Positions 52,605-62,975 of a stretch of 64,000 nucleotides of DNA are shown piece by piece (the stretch's first letter is position 1; each line of letters starts with the position of its first letter). Below the pieces are notes generated by a model. That model ran no database searches. It worked only from the letters and a program-made list of their open reading frames with translations, and was not told where the DNA came from. This DNA is from Methanomethylovorans hollandica DSM 15978. Lineage in GTDB: Archaea > Halobacteriota > Methanosarcinia > Methanosarcinales > Methanosarcinaceae. The DNA lies in NCBI RefSeq assembly GCF_000328665.1, contig NC_019977.1, positions 2,224,011 to 2,288,010 of the forward strand, read 5' to 3'. A program made the translations under genes and the position numbers.

Positions 52605-53420
52605 TTGATCTCTATTAAGGCTCTTTCATACACCTACCCCGATGGAACACATGCACTTGATTCCATCGACCTTGAACTACGAAGAGGCGAGTTCGTTGTC
52701 TTAGTGGGTCCTAATGGCAGTGGTAAGTCAACTCTGTCAAGGCATCTGAATGGCCTGTTAAAGCCCACTAAGGGTTCCTTGAAAGTAATGGGTATGGATA
52801 CCAAAGATCCGTCCAACCTCCGCAAAATAAGGCAGCTTGTTGGCATGGTCTTTCAGGACCCTAATGTGCAGTTCTTTGGGAGTACACTGGAAGAGGATAT
52901 TGCCTTTGGTTTGGAGAATCTGGCTCTGCCAGCTTCGCAGATAAGAGATCTGGTCTCCGAAGCATTAGCAGTTACTGGTATGGAAAATTACAGATATGCC
53001 TCTCCAGGTTCCTTGAGCGGAGGGCAGAAGCAGAAAGCAGCTATAGCAGGGTCACTTGCAATGGGTTCCGGATTTCTGGTGCTTGACGAAGTGACTTCTA
53101 TGCTGGACCCAAAGTCATCTACGGAAGTACTCAATATGCTGCTTTCTCTCAAAAAACAAGGTATTGGACTGCTTTACATCACTCACAGGCCGGAAGAAAT
53201 ACTAGCAGCAGATCGTATTCTGGTGATGGATAGTGGCAAGATCATAGCAGATGGCTTGCCACTTGCCGTTATCCAGGAACTGGGGCCGGACAATGGTCTT
53301 TTTGAGCTTCCTCCTTTACTGCACCTGGCACTAAAACTTGAAGATGCTGGAGTTCTTCAACCGAAGGATCATTCATTATCTGCAAAAGCTCTGGCGGAGG
53401 AAATATGCCGATCATTGTAG
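52605..53420 (+). CDS. ECF transporter ATPase (A component)
   Basis: GPNGSGKST, FQDP, LSGGQKQ, LDE. Confidence 0.9.
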   Translation: MISIKALSYTYPDGTHALDSIDLELRRGEFVVLVGPNGSGKSTLSRHLNGLLKPTKGSLKVMGMDTKDPSNLRKIRQLVGMVFQDPNVQFFGSTLEEDIAFGLENLALPASQIRDLVSEALAVTGMENYRYASPGSLSGGQKQKAAIAGSLAMGSGFLVLDEVTSMLDPKSSTEVLNMLLSLKKQGIGLLYITHRPEEILAADRILVMDSGKIIADGLPLAVIQELGPDNGLFELPPLLHLALKLEDAGVLQPKDHSLSAKALAEEICRSL

Positions 53421-54232
53421 AGGATGTCAGTTTTTGCTATGCAATTAACACTCAGTCAGAGTCAATGGTGCTTGACAGGGTGAGTTTGCAAATAGAAGAC
53501 GGAGAATTTCTGGTCATCATGGGTGAAATCGGTTCAGGAAAATCCACTCTTATAAAACACTTTAACGGTCTTTTACAGCCTTTTTCCGGAAAAGTGAGAG
53601 TAGATGGGCACAATGCCGCTTCGGTCCAGTCCAGGAAACTTATTGGTATGCTTTTCCAATTCCCACAGCAGCAGCTTTTCGGAAGGACCGTGTTTGAAGA
53701 TATTGCTTTTGGCCCCTCTAACTTTGGGACATCCGGCCAAGAACTGAGCTTACAGGTAAGCAGGTCCTTGAAACTGGTAGGTCTGGACGAGAATATGGCT
53801 TCAAGGTCCCCTTTCAGTTTAAGTAACGGGCACATGCGATTAGTGGCCATTGCCGGTATCCTTGCTGCCAGTCCTAAATACATCGTTCTCGATGAACCCT
53901 TTACAGGGCTAGATCCAAAAAGCAGAAATGAAATGTTAAAGGTACTTGAGCAGGCACATGCCACTGGGGTCACTGTAGTGATAGTGACCCATAATTTAGA
54001 TCATGTGCTACCCATAGCCACGAATTTGATCTTTATGGAAAAGGGTAAAGTGATCTTTGAAGGTACCCCTGAAGCATATTTCTCATCATCGCCTTCGAAA
54101 CTCCCGGATATTCCACAGTTGATGAAGGAGTTGCGCAAATGTGGGATAGGAGTAGGTGAAGGCATATTCAGTGTAGAAGCAGCTTTTGAGGAAATAATGC
54201 GTATCAAAAGGATTGAGACAGCATATGAATAA
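53405..54232 (+). CDS. ECF transporter ATPase (A' component)
   Basis: GEIGSGKST, FQFP, LDEP. Confidence 0.9.
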   Translation: MPIIVEDVSFCYAINTQSESMVLDRVSLQIEDGEFLVIMGEIGSGKSTLIKHFNGLLQPFSGKVRVDGHNAASVQSRKLIGMLFQFPQQQLFGRTVFEDIAFGPSNFGTSGQELSLQVSRSLKLVGLDENMASRSPFSLSNGHMRLVAIAGILAASPKYIVLDEPFTGLDPKSRNEMLKVLEQAHATGVTVVIVTHNLDHVLPIATNLIFMEKGKVIFEGTPEAYFSSSPSKLPDIPQLMKELRKCGIGVGEGIFSVEAAFEEIMRIKRIETAYE

Positions 54233-55004
54233 AATGTTCTTTTCCTACATCCCGGGAGAATCGTTTCTTCACAGGCTCGATCCCCGCACAAAAATTATAT
54301 CAGTTATGCTGCTTAGCATTGTTATACTACGGGCATCCGATTTTCAGGACATCTTTGTGCTATCAGTTGTCTTTCTGGTGTTCTCTTTGCCTGCAAAGCT
54401 GGGTATCAGGCATCACCTTCAATCTCTTCGCCCTATGTTGTTCTTTTTCCTTTTCCTTTTCATAGTGCAGTCAATCTTCTCAGGAGGTGAGAGCATATTC
54501 TCCATGGGAATGCTAGGTATAAGTTATGAGGGACTCTGGAAAGCTGTGCTTGTTACTTCCCGATTTATCCTTCTTGTCCTCTTTGCATCATTACTTATTT
54601 CTACCACAAGCCCTGCACTTCTCACTCTGGGTATTGAAAAGATGCTGCGCCCACTACCTCTCTCCCTGGTAGGCGTATCATCACATGATCTTGCAATTAT
54701 GATGTCCATTTCCATGCGTTTTGTACCTCTACTTCATATGAATCTGGAGCAAATATTACAGGCACAGGCCTCCAGGGGTATGGATCTGCGCCGCAATCTT
54801 CCCAAGGGCGTGTCTTCCCTGGCTGTACCCATGGTCTATAGCACATTGCGTATGGCCGAGGACATGTCACTGGCCATGGAAAGCCGATGTTACCAGGGAT
54901 TATATAGGACGTCCATGTTCGAGCTGAAGATGCATAAAGAGGACATATCATCTCTTTTCATGGTAGTGGCTATTGTAATTTCGTTCTTCTTTCTTCATAT
55001 GTAA
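54225..55004 (+). CDS. ECF transporter T component
   Basis: LDPRTK, AQASRG and AMESRCY motifs. Confidence 0.9.
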   Translation: MNKMFFSYIPGESFLHRLDPRTKIISVMLLSIVILRASDFQDIFVLSVVFLVFSLPAKLGIRHHLQSLRPMLFFFLFLFIVQSIFSGGESIFSMGMLGISYEGLWKAVLVTSRFILLVLFASLLISTTSPALLTLGIEKMLRPLPLSLVGVSSHDLAIMMSISMRFVPLLHMNLEQILQAQASRGMDLRRNLPKGVSSLAVPMVYSTLRMAEDMSLAMESRCYQGLYRTSMFELKMHKEDISSLFMVVAIVISFFFLHM

Positions 55005-55030
55005 GGTTAATTATATGAAATATTGATCAT

Positions 55031-55245
55031 ATGTTCATGTAAATACCACGCACAAATATTGATGAAACAGCCATCAAAGGCATGATGGAAAAGATATATT
55101 CTGAACAGGTGATCAAACGCATCTGTCAGATATTTGGCGCACTGCAATGCACGACTCGCCTGCAAATTCTGTTACTCTTACAGCAGTGTCAGTATACGTA
55201 ACGGATACCGGGAATGTCCTGGGATCCAGGCAGCTGCAATTGTGG
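55031..55245 (+). pseudogene. ArsR/SmtB regulator remnant
   Basis: IDETAIKGMMEKIYSEQVIKRICQIFGALQCTTRLQILLLL, then frameshifted VYVTDTGNVLG. Resembles the ArsR 'FxALxxxxRLxIL' segment. Confidence 0.5.
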
Positions 55246-55383
55246 GAACCGGGCGGACATTGTACTGTCTTATGTACAGCTTACATTTGGACCTGTGTTG
55301 CTTCCTCTTATGGTCTTCGGCCTACTTAGAAAAAAGTGTAACTGAACTTATATAGAGAAAAAGACGATATGAGTCCTAATTTA

Positions 55384-55932
55384 TCACTCTCTGGTCACTG
55401 CTTTTTTGCCAATGAGCACTTCTGTGGATTTGATGACTGCAAAGACCTCATCTCCTTCCTTTAGGTCTAATTTCTCCACTGCCTCGCTGGTAATAAGTGA
55501 ACTGAGCACTGCAGCTTCTATGGATACTTTTATCCGGGAGGCTACATCTCCTTTTTCTACTTCTATGACCTTTGCTGGTATCCTGTTACGTGCGGATAAG
55601 TGTAAGCCAAGGTCTTCCCTTAAAGTCTCATCATGCATGGTTTCATTGAGCAGCTGTTTGCTCATATCGTATTCCTTTATTAGTCTGCGGCCGGCATCAG
55701 TGAGAAAGGTGCCCTGTGCTTTTCCTCCTCTAACTGTCACTACTACATCTTTTCCCAGGCGTTCGCTCATTTTATTGAGCACAAGCCATGCATGCTTATA
55801 GGAAACACCTACTTTGCTGCAGGCTTTGCGCAGAGATCCTTCTTCATCTATAGCTTTGAGGAGCGCAACTTTGCCTTCCCCCATTACGGGTTTTCCGTCT
55901 TCTGTGATCCATACTTTTGTTCTTGTTTCCAT
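55384..55932 (-). CDS. modE: ModE-like molybdenum regulator (wHTH + TOBE/Mop)
   Basis: LLKAIDEEGSLRKA..VSYKHAW, RGG...LT, SARNRI, AVIKSTEV. Confidence 0.9.
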   Translation of the reverse strand: METRTKVWITEDGKPVMGEGKVALLKAIDEEGSLRKACSKVGVSYKHAWLVLNKMSERLGKDVVVTVRGGKAQGTFLTDAGRRLIKEYDMSKQLLNETMHDETLREDLGLHLSARNRIPAKVIEVEKGDVASRIKVSIEAAVLSSLITSEAVEKLDLKEGDEVFAVIKSTEVLIGKKAVTRE

Positions 55933-55942
55933 ATCTCTCATT

Positions 55943-56146
55943 TCAAAGGTCAGTATCATCGAATATAAAAAGCTCGTCTATAGAGGGGTTCAGATATTTT
56001 GCTATCCTGTATGTAAGTTTCAGGGACGGGGTGTATTTACCTTTTTCCAGAAAACCTATTGTTTCTCTGCCCACACCTACTTTTTTTTCCAGATCTTCCT
56101 GGGTAAGATCATATCGTGCTCTGAACTCTTTGATCTTTGTCTGCAT
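55943..56146 (-). CDS. Xre-family HTH protein
   Basis: [26 protein letters not shown]. Confidence 0.8.
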   Translation of the reverse strand: MQTKIKEFRARYDLTQEDLEKKVGVGRETIGFLEKGKYTPSLKLTYRIAKYLNPSIDELFIFDDTDL

Positions 56147-56175
56147 GCAACACCTCCGCATAAAAGTGGCGAAAG

Positions 56176-57294
56176 TCAGACGAAGATCAGTATGTCTTTG
56201 GATGCAAATGAAAATATGCAGCTGCATCCCTGGCAAAGGTTAAGTTCTTCATACACTTTGTTAGATACTTCAGAGATCAGTATCCTTCTTTCGTTTTTAG
56301 GTCCCACTGCTATGAGCTTGCTAGCACCTTTATTGACGATGCTTATAACTTTCCCGCTGAAGCGGTTTTCATAGATGTCTGTATTGTCCTTCTCAGGATT
56401 CGCAAGGGCGATATTTTCGGGACGAATGCCCCATGATACTCTTTCATCAAGTTCAAGATCCACGTGTCTGGTAATTAAATCCAGTTCCCCTGCCTTGAAC
56501 AAGGCTCTATCATGGTCTATATGGTCTGTAAATACAGCATCATCGAATATATTGGTCACACCGGCAAGCTCTGCCACATGCCTGTTGTTCGGATAGTAAA
56601 ATACCTCTTCCGGAGTTCCTGTCTGCTGCACTGTCCCTTCATGGTACACTACAACCATGTCAGCAAGGGTGAAAGCCTCTATAGGGTTATGGGTGATGAA
56701 AAGCACGGGTATGTTCAGTTCTTTCTGGATCAGTTTTATCTTTTCCCGCAATTTCATACGCACTATCATATCCAGTGCAGAAAAAGGCTCGTCCAATAGC
56801 AATAGATCCGGTCCGGGAGCCAGAGCACGGGCTAAAGCTACACGTTGTTTCTGTCCGCCTGAAAGCTGTGAAGGATAGTGATCCTCCAGTCCTTCTATAT
56901 GTAAAAGCTGGAGCATTTCCCTCATTCTCCTTTCCTTTTCCTGGTCTGTCCTGCCCTTGAGTCCGTATGTGATATTTTTCTTTACATCCATGTGAGGGAA
57001 AAGAGCGTAGTTCTGGAACACATAACCAAGGCTACGTTGTTGTGGAGGCAGGTCTATTCTCTTATGGCAGTCGAAGTACACTTTTCCGTTCACAGTGATC
57101 TTTCCCCCAGTGGGTTTTTCCAGACCTGCGATACATCGTAAGGTTGTGGTCTTTCCAGAACCTGACTGGCCAAAAAGGACTACCAGTTCGTTACCTGCTT
57201 CAAAGTTGATATCTACAGTGAAAGAAGGTTCCTTTCCTTTCTTCCTGTTATTATCCTTGCAAAATCGTTTTCTGAAGTCAACTTTGATCCCCAT
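56176..57294 (-). CDS. modC: molybdate ABC transporter ATPase
   Basis: [27 protein letters not shown]-terminal TOBE. Confidence 0.9.
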   Translation of the reverse strand: MGIKVDFRKRFCKDNNRKKGKEPSFTVDINFEAGNELVVLFGQSGSGKTTTLRCIAGLEKPTGGKITVNGKVYFDCHKRIDLPPQQRSLGYVFQNYALFPHMDVKKNITYGLKGRTDQEKERRMREMLQLLHIEGLEDHYPSQLSGGQKQRVALARALAPGPDLLLLDEPFSALDMIVRMKLREKIKLIQKELNIPVLFITHNPIEAFTLADMVVVYHEGTVQQTGTPEEVFYYPNNRHVAELAGVTNIFDDAVFTDHIDHDRALFKAGELDLITRHVDLELDERVSWGIRPENIALANPEKDNTDIYENRFSGKVISIVNKGASKLIAVGPKNERRILISEVSNKVYEELNLCQGCSCIFSFASKDILIFV

Positions 57295-57305
57295 GTATGC
57301 ACACC

Positions 57306-57974
57306 TCAGATCTTCCAGCTATTTACCAGTTTTGTAGTGATGGCTATGGATATCAGGGACATCAGCACGAGTATTATCACCAGCGTGTTCGCAAGTTCAC
57401 TGTTCCCGCCCTGGAAGGCACTGTAAATGGAGATGGCCATGGTGTTGGTCCTGCCAGGGATATTTCCCGCAACCATAAGTGTTGCACCGAATTCCCCAAC
57501 TGCTCTTGCAAAGCTCAGCACGATACCGGCAAGTATGCCTTTCTTGGCGAGAGGTAGTGTAATAAAAAATGCAGTTTCAAGCTCGCTCCTTCCCAGTGTA
57601 TATGCCACATATTCCAGCTCCCTGTCCACAGCCTCTATGGCTGCAGTAGTGGTCTTGACCATAAGGGGCAGGGATACTACAAAAGCAGCGATGACTGCTG
57701 CCTGCCAGGTGAAGAGCAATGTGATACCTGTCAGATCGAACAAGGTATTTCCAAGGATCCCGTTCTTTCCCAGAAGCACGACCAACATGTAACCTGTTAC
57801 CGTGGGTGGAAGTACCATGGGAAGTGTGACTAAAACATCTACAAGCCATTTACCCATGAATTCCCTTCTGGCAAGGATATAAGATATCACGGCCCCCAGT
57901 ATTGCCACTATGAGCGAGGATACGAGTGATATCTTAAGGGTTATAGATAAGGGGAACCATATCTGGTCAAGCAT
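57306..57974 (-). CDS. modB: molybdate ABC transporter permease
   Basis: LPMVLPPTVTG, FARAVGEFGAT. Confidence 0.95.
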   Translation of the reverse strand: MLDQIWFPLSITLKISLVSSLIVAILGAVISYILARREFMGKWLVDVLVTLPMVLPPTVTGYMLVVLLGKNGILGNTLFDLTGITLLFTWQAAVIAAFVVSLPLMVKTTTAAIEAVDRELEYVAYTLGRSELETAFFITLPLAKKGILAGIVLSFARAVGEFGATLMVAGNIPGRTNTMAISIYSAFQGGNSELANTLVIILVLMSLISIAITTKLVNSWKI

Positions 57975-57980
57975 TTCAGT

Positions 57981-58805
57981 TCATCCAGTCTGAGGAATTA
58001 GGAAGCCATATTGTCCCAGTATGGATTTACCTTTTTCTCCAGTGACGAAATCAATGAACAGCTGTGATTCTTTCGGGTGCTGGGTGGCTGAAACTACAGC
58101 TATGGGGTAAATAATGGGTGTACTTACAGGGACTGAAGAGGCCACTTCAATTGTGCCCGGCTGTGCTGATGATACATCGGTCATGAATACAAATCCAGCA
58201 TCAGCTTCTCCTCTCTCCACATAGAAGAGTGAATTCTTTACCGTGTCGCCTGTCAACAGCTTATCCTGCACACTGTTCCATAGTCCTTCTTCTATAAGTG
58301 ATTGTTTTGCATATCTGCCTACAGTTGAAGCCTCTGTATCACTAAGTGCTATCTTCTTCACTTCAGGCCTAGCCAGGTCTTTCATGTCTGTAATATTAAG
58401 TACGTTTCCTTTTGGGACTATTATCACAAGGGAACTACCTGCAAATTCTTTTCGTGAGTCGTTGTAAACTAATCCCTTTGATGCCAACATGTCCATTTGA
58501 TTCACATCTCCTGGAGCGAACACATCTATAGGTGCACCTCCTTCTATCTGCATCCTTAGAGAACCTGCATTACCGAAGTTCATTATCAGGTCTATTCCCG
58601 AATTGTCAGCCTCAAACTCTTTTTCCATATCTGTGAAAGCTTCTGTAAGTACTGCAGAGCCAGATACGGTAATCGCTGTCTTTTGTGCCGTTTGTCGCTG
58701 GTCTTGTTGCTTTTCACCATTCGAGCCCATGAACATAGCCGCAAGGACTGTGATAATAACGATAGCTATGGCAACTGTAAGTAACGTCTGGTTCTTTTTA
58801 TCCAT
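57981..58805 (-). CDS. modA: molybdate/tungstate ABC transporter substrate-binding protein
   Basis: N-terminal anchor; GSL..QIEGGAPIDVF, GRYA, GEADAGFV, IIYP. Confidence 0.92.
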   Translation of the reverse strand: MDKKNQTLLTVAIAIVIITVLAAMFMGSNGEKQQDQRQTAQKTAITVSGSAVLTEAFTDMEKEFEADNSGIDLIMNFGNAGSLRMQIEGGAPIDVFAPGDVNQMDMLASKGLVYNDSRKEFAGSSLVIIVPKGNVLNITDMKDLARPEVKKIALSDTEASTVGRYAKQSLIEEGLWNSVQDKLLTGDTVKNSLFYVERGEADAGFVFMTDVSSAQPGTIEVASSVPVSTPIIYPIAVVSATQHPKESQLFIDFVTGEKGKSILGQYGFLIPQTG

Positions 58806-58903
58806 GCAGAACACCACCTTATCTTCAGATCAGAACGATCTTGGGATTGAGCTGCCGGCAGGTTTTGGTCAGGCAGTCTTATTTTCTTAAGTGCTGCCAG
58901 CAG

Positions 58904-58927
58904 CGTTATGTCGGAGTAGACATATCG
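58904..58927. promoter_or_regulatory. probable ModE operator
   Basis: CGTTATGTC-GGAGTA-GACATATCG dyad upstream of modA, just downstream of a minus-strand TTTATA box. Confidence 0.7.
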
Positions 58928-59291
58928 AATATTCAACCCTTATTATGCTATAAATAGGTTTCTGTATGGAACTTAAGTCTGCATTAAAATTGGTATTATG
59001 TCCACATTATAACTGCTTAGTGACAGCTTGCTGGAAGTGGCAGATCAGCTTGCAAAAAAATTGTGTCCTATTCTTATCGTACAAGACGTTGGGCAGAGAA
59101 GGAATAGCAAGATAATGAAGCATTTTTTCTGTGTATGCACTTCCGCCTATAATCTTCATCCAGGCAAATACATCTTTATATATATACATTAAAAATTACA
59201 CTTGTGTTTAAGTATCACTTCATCTCATATTTTGTCTTAAGGGGACTAAAGCTATTCAGAGTTCCCTAAAGTTCGTAGAGTGGTGATATGA

Positions 59292-61007
59292 ATGCAAATC
59301 AAATCAGGAGTATTGATCGGAGAGATCTTGTTCTTTCTGATAATGACCATAGGAATAGTCTCAGCTGCTCTGGTAGGCATTTATGATACTGATTCTATTG
59401 CAAATGATGTTGCTGTGGTAGGCAGTTATGCATACATAGCTGACGGTGATGGTCTTGTGATCCTGGATATCACTGATCCTTCATCGCCGACATTTGTGAG
59501 CAGTTATGATACCAGCAGTGATGCTTTTGGCATCGTTGTCTCAGGTGATTATGCCTACATAGCCGCTAATACAAGTCTTGTTATCGTGGACATCAGCAAC
59601 CCTTCATCGCCAGTATTTGCCGGTAGTTATGATGTTGATACTGGGATGGCGATAGATGTTGCTGTCGAAGAAGACTATGCCTGCCTGGCAGCCGGTGAAC
59701 TTGTAATCGTGGATATCAGCGATCCTTCATCGCCAACTTTTGTGAGCAGTTATGATACTGGTCATTCTGCAGTTGGTGTTGCTGTAGCAGACCATTATGC
59801 GTATGTGGCGGATGGATATGGTCTTGCAATCATAGATATTATCGTTCCCACATCACCTGTTATGGAGGGCACTTATGATACCGCTGGTTATGCATTTGAT
59901 GTTGCTGTAGCCAACTATTATGCCTACGTGACCAGTAATCTTGAAGATGAGGGGGTCGGTTATCTTGAAATTGTAGATGTATTTGATCCTGCCTTGCCAC
60001 TCTTTGCAGACAGTTATGAGATCAATGGTTCTTCACGGTTTGTTGCTGCACAAGGTAATTATCTCGGTGTTACCGATAATGAAGGCTTTGCTATCATTGA
60101 TATCAGTGACCCGCTATCATCAGTGATCCTAGCAGAGTATTATATGAGTAACCCACAGAAAGTTGCTGTTTCAGGTAACCTTTTGTACGTAGCTAATGCT
60201 GCAAACGGTCTTTTCATTTTCGATCTGGATGCTGATAAGATTGGCGTTTACGACAATGCAGGTACCTGGGCACTCTGGAACCCAGATAACAATTCTGCTG
60301 AAATTGTGGGATTCGGCTGGGCAGGTACAGAGCCGGTAGCAGGTGACTGGGATGGCGATGGTGTTACTGAGGTAGGAATCTATAATAGAGGGGGTAATAA
60401 CTTCCTTATCCAGAATGGTTCGGGTTTTGATGTGATCGGCCTTGGCTGGCCTGGAGTGACACCAGTAGTTATTGACTGGAACGGAGACGGTGCTGATGAG
60501 GTAGGCGTATATGACAATGCAGGTACCTGGGCTCTGTGGAACACTGACACTAACTCTGCAGATATCGTGGGATTCGGCTGGGCAGGTACAGAGCCGGTAG
60601 CAGGTGACTGGAATGGCGATGGTGTTACTGAAGTGGGCATATACAATAGAGGAGGTAATAATTTCCTTATCCAGAATGGTTCAGAGTTCGATTTGATCGG
60701 TCTTGGCTGGCCGGGCGTTACCCCAGTAGTTGGTGACTGGGACGGAGACGGTGCTGATGATGTTGGTGTATACAACAATGAAGGTACCTGGGCTCTGTGG
60801 AACTCCTATACCAACTCTGCCGACATCGTGGGATTTGGCTGGGCCAGTACCGAGCCGGTAGTAGGTGACTGGGATGGAGATCTGACTACAGAAGTAGGTA
60901 TTTACAATACTGGGGGTAATAATTTTCTGATACAGACAGATCCTGGCTTTGATATTATAGGCCTTGGATGGGAAGGTGTGACTCCGGTTGTGGGCAACTG
61001 GGGTTAA
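59292..61007 (+). CDS. secreted/surface protein with LVIVD repeats and C-terminal FG-GAP-like (DxDGDG) repeats
   Basis: Signal peptide; ~7 'YAYIA..GLVIVDISDPSSP' repeats; three 87-aa GDWDGDG-containing repeats. Confidence 0.9.
   Translation: MQIKSGVLIGEILFFLIMTIGIVSAALVGIYDTDSIANDVAVVGSYAYIADGDGLVILDITDPSSPTFVSSYDTSSDAFGIVVSGDYAYIAANTSLVIVDISNPSSPVFAGSYDVDTGMAIDVAVEEDYACLAAGELVIVDISDPSSPTFVSSYDTGHSAVGVAVADHYAYVADGYGLAIIDIIVPTSPVMEGTYDTAGYAFDVAVANYYAYVTSNLEDEGVGYLEIVDVFDPALPLFADSYEINGSSRFVAAQGNYLGVTDNEGFAIIDISDPLSSVILAEYYMSNPQKVAVSGNLLYVANAANGLFIFDLDADKIGVYDNAGTWALWNPDNNSAEIVGFGWAGTEPVAGDWDGDGVTEVGIYNRGGNNFLIQNGSGFDVIGLGWPGVTPVVIDWNGDGADEVGVYDNAGTWALWNTDTNSADIVGFGWAGTEPVAGDWNGDGVTEVGIYNRGGNNFLIQNGSEFDLIGLGWPGVTPVVGDWDGDGADDVGVYNNEGTWALWNSYTNSADIVGFGWASTEPVVGDWDGDLTTEVGIYNTGGNNFLIQTDPGFDIIGLGWEGVTPVVGNWG
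60231..61004 (+). repeat. three tandem 261-bp intragenic repeats
   Basis: Units start at 60231, 60492 and 60753 (GCTGAT...). Confidence 0.9.
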
Positions 61008-61124
61008 TCTTCTCTTTTTTTTATTTATTATGTGATAGGAATACGCACTGGATCTGATCGTTAATGCACATGCTTGAAACAACTTAGATTATGTAATCCA
61101 ATGTAAGATTCCGTCAGTAGACTA

Positions 61125-61733
61125 TCAGCTGTAACTTCTTGGCTCAATGATCTTCTCCAGCAGTTCCAGTCTTCCAATTTTTTCAAGTTGCCTGTAAATG
61201 AGTTCCCATGCACAGTCCTTTTCCGGAGCAGCCTCGCATTTTCCAGACATTGAACCTCCGCATGGACCGTTGAGCAAGCCTTTCGGGCAGTTGGCTTTGG
61301 GACAGATACCGCCGAATTTTTGGATATTGCATGCACCGCACATCTCGCATAGCTGGGGAAGGACCTGGTCTGCAGATCGTCCTCCCAGAGAATCAGTATT
61401 ATTGGATGGGTAGACCGGTACATCTACGAGCCTGGACACCATTGAAGTACCGCTGCCACATGCCATGACAAGAATAGCATCAGCTTTCTGTATATCCGGA
61501 CCTTTCTCCACGAGTGCTTCATAGGACCGGATGCTACAGGCTGCAGTGGGCAGAACCCAGCCGACAACATCTTTCCCGGCTGTTTTCAGTTTCTCACACA
61601 TATCAAGCACTTCAGGCTCCCCTCCCACGTGCAGCTTTGCAGCACATACATTGCAGCCGATCACAAAAATTTTGTCAATGTTCTCCAGCTCAGAAAGTAT
61701 CTCATTAAACGGCTTAGAAGAAGAGATGATCAT
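61125..61733 (-). CDS. methylene-THF reductase accessory Fe-S subunit (MetV-like)
   Basis: GCNVCA, ACGSG, CEMCGAC...GICP..CPKGLLNGPCGG..CE...CAW. Confidence 0.85.
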   Translation of the reverse strand: MIISSSKPFNEILSELENIDKIFVIGCNVCAAKLHVGGEPEVLDMCEKLKTAGKDVVGWVLPTAACSIRSYEALVEKGPDIQKADAILVMACGSGTSMVSRLVDVPVYPSNNTDSLGGRSADQVLPQLCEMCGACNIQKFGGICPKANCPKGLLNGPCGGSMSGKCEAAPEKDCAWELIYRQLEKIGRLELLEKIIEPRSYS

Positions 61734-62965
61734 AGCTCCCTCAAATAACGGTACTCCACATTATCATCAAGTTGCAGCGTATCCTGGATTATCCTGGAAA
61801 TAACTGGCAGGTCACGGGCCTGGCATTCCAGTTTTTTCGCAAGCTTCTCAAGCTGCAATATCGTTCCCATGATCAGGATGTCAGTACCCTCTGTCTCATG
61901 GGACACTGCATCACGTTCAAGGGCTGCATCGCCTCCCCTTGCCAATATCTCCTGCTTAATAATAAGGGCTTCTGTGGTGGTTATATTTGATATCTTCAGC
62001 ACCCGGGAAATGGACTTTTTCTTCATGATCTGGGCTCCCGTTCCGGTGACACCCATCTCCTTCATGCTGCGAACAGCATCTTCAGGATTTTTAATATCCA
62101 GCACAGAGACCTCAAAACCATTCTCTTTTACCACAGGCTGCCTGCTGCGCATGGCTGCTGCAACTTGTACCACATCCATTGTCTGGGGTACATCATGCGT
62201 CCTTATGATATGTGCTCCCTTGTGTACCACGATAGCAGTGGCAGCCAGGGTCCCATATAATCTTTCATCTGCCGGCCTGTGCAGCACCGCATCGATACAG
62301 GATTTGCGCGATATCGCTGCAAGGAGTGGTTTTTGAAACACTTTCAGCCTTTCAAACTGGTCCATGGTCTCAAAATCATATATAGGGCCTTTTTCCGGCA
62401 TCCATCTACCGATGGCAGGGTCCAGTACGAGCTTGCTGGTGTCCATACCTTTTTCATGTGCCTGCCTGATGATACCAGACAGGGAGTCCATTATAGCGTT
62501 CATACCTATTGGGTCTCCGGGGATCCTCTCAGTGGCCATGACTACTGCAGGACAGCCGCTTTCCACCAGGACATCCAGCATTCTCTCATCGGCTTTGAAA
62601 CCGGAAACATCATTGATCATGTCGGCTCCCAGTTCAAGGGCCTTTTCAGCGATGTCAGCAAACATCGTATCTACAGAAATAAGTGCATCAACGTTATCTT
62701 TCAGAATAGCAAGCGCAGGGACGAGCCTTTGCAGTTCTTCTTCCCTGCTTATTACAGGCTTTGCAAGCAGCCACGTGGACCGTGCTCCTATGTCCAGGAT
62801 AGTGGCACCGCTGTCTACCATTGCTTGTGCCTTCTCCAGTATGGAGTCTATGTTCACCACAGATGATCTGTAAAAAGACTCCTGGCTGAGGTTTAGAACT
62901 CCCATTATCCTTACAGGATGTTCATCACCAACTTTCAAGCCGCAGATATCTGCATCAACGAACAT
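61730..62965 (-). CDS. folP: dihydropteroate synthase with C-terminal extra domain
   Basis: IMGVLN...SF, DIGARST, SVDT, INDVSG, SRKS, IRTHDV, followed by a ~135-aa tail. Confidence 0.9.
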   Translation of the reverse strand: MFVDADICGLKVGDEHPVRIMGVLNLSQESFYRSSVVNIDSILEKAQAMVDSGATILDIGARSTWLLAKPVISREEELQRLVPALAILKDNVDALISVDTMFADIAEKALELGADMINDVSGFKADERMLDVLVESGCPAVVMATERIPGDPIGMNAIMDSLSGIIRQAHEKGMDTSKLVLDPAIGRWMPEKGPIYDFETMDQFERLKVFQKPLLAAISRKSCIDAVLHRPADERLYGTLAATAIVVHKGAHIIRTHDVPQTMDVVQVAAAMRSRQPVVKENGFEVSVLDIKNPEDAVRSMKEMGVTGTGAQIMKKKSISRVLKISNITTTEALIIKQEILARGGDAALERDAVSHETEGTDILIMGTILQLEKLAKKLECQARDLPVISRIIQDTLQLDDNVEYRYLREL

Positions 62966-62975
62966 TTTTTACCTT

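Noticed and set aside
60231..61004. Tandem repeats as a CRISPR array or DGR template/variable repeats
   Set aside because: They are in-frame 261-bp coding repeats with no spacers, no cas or reverse transcriptase gene, and differences not limited to adenines
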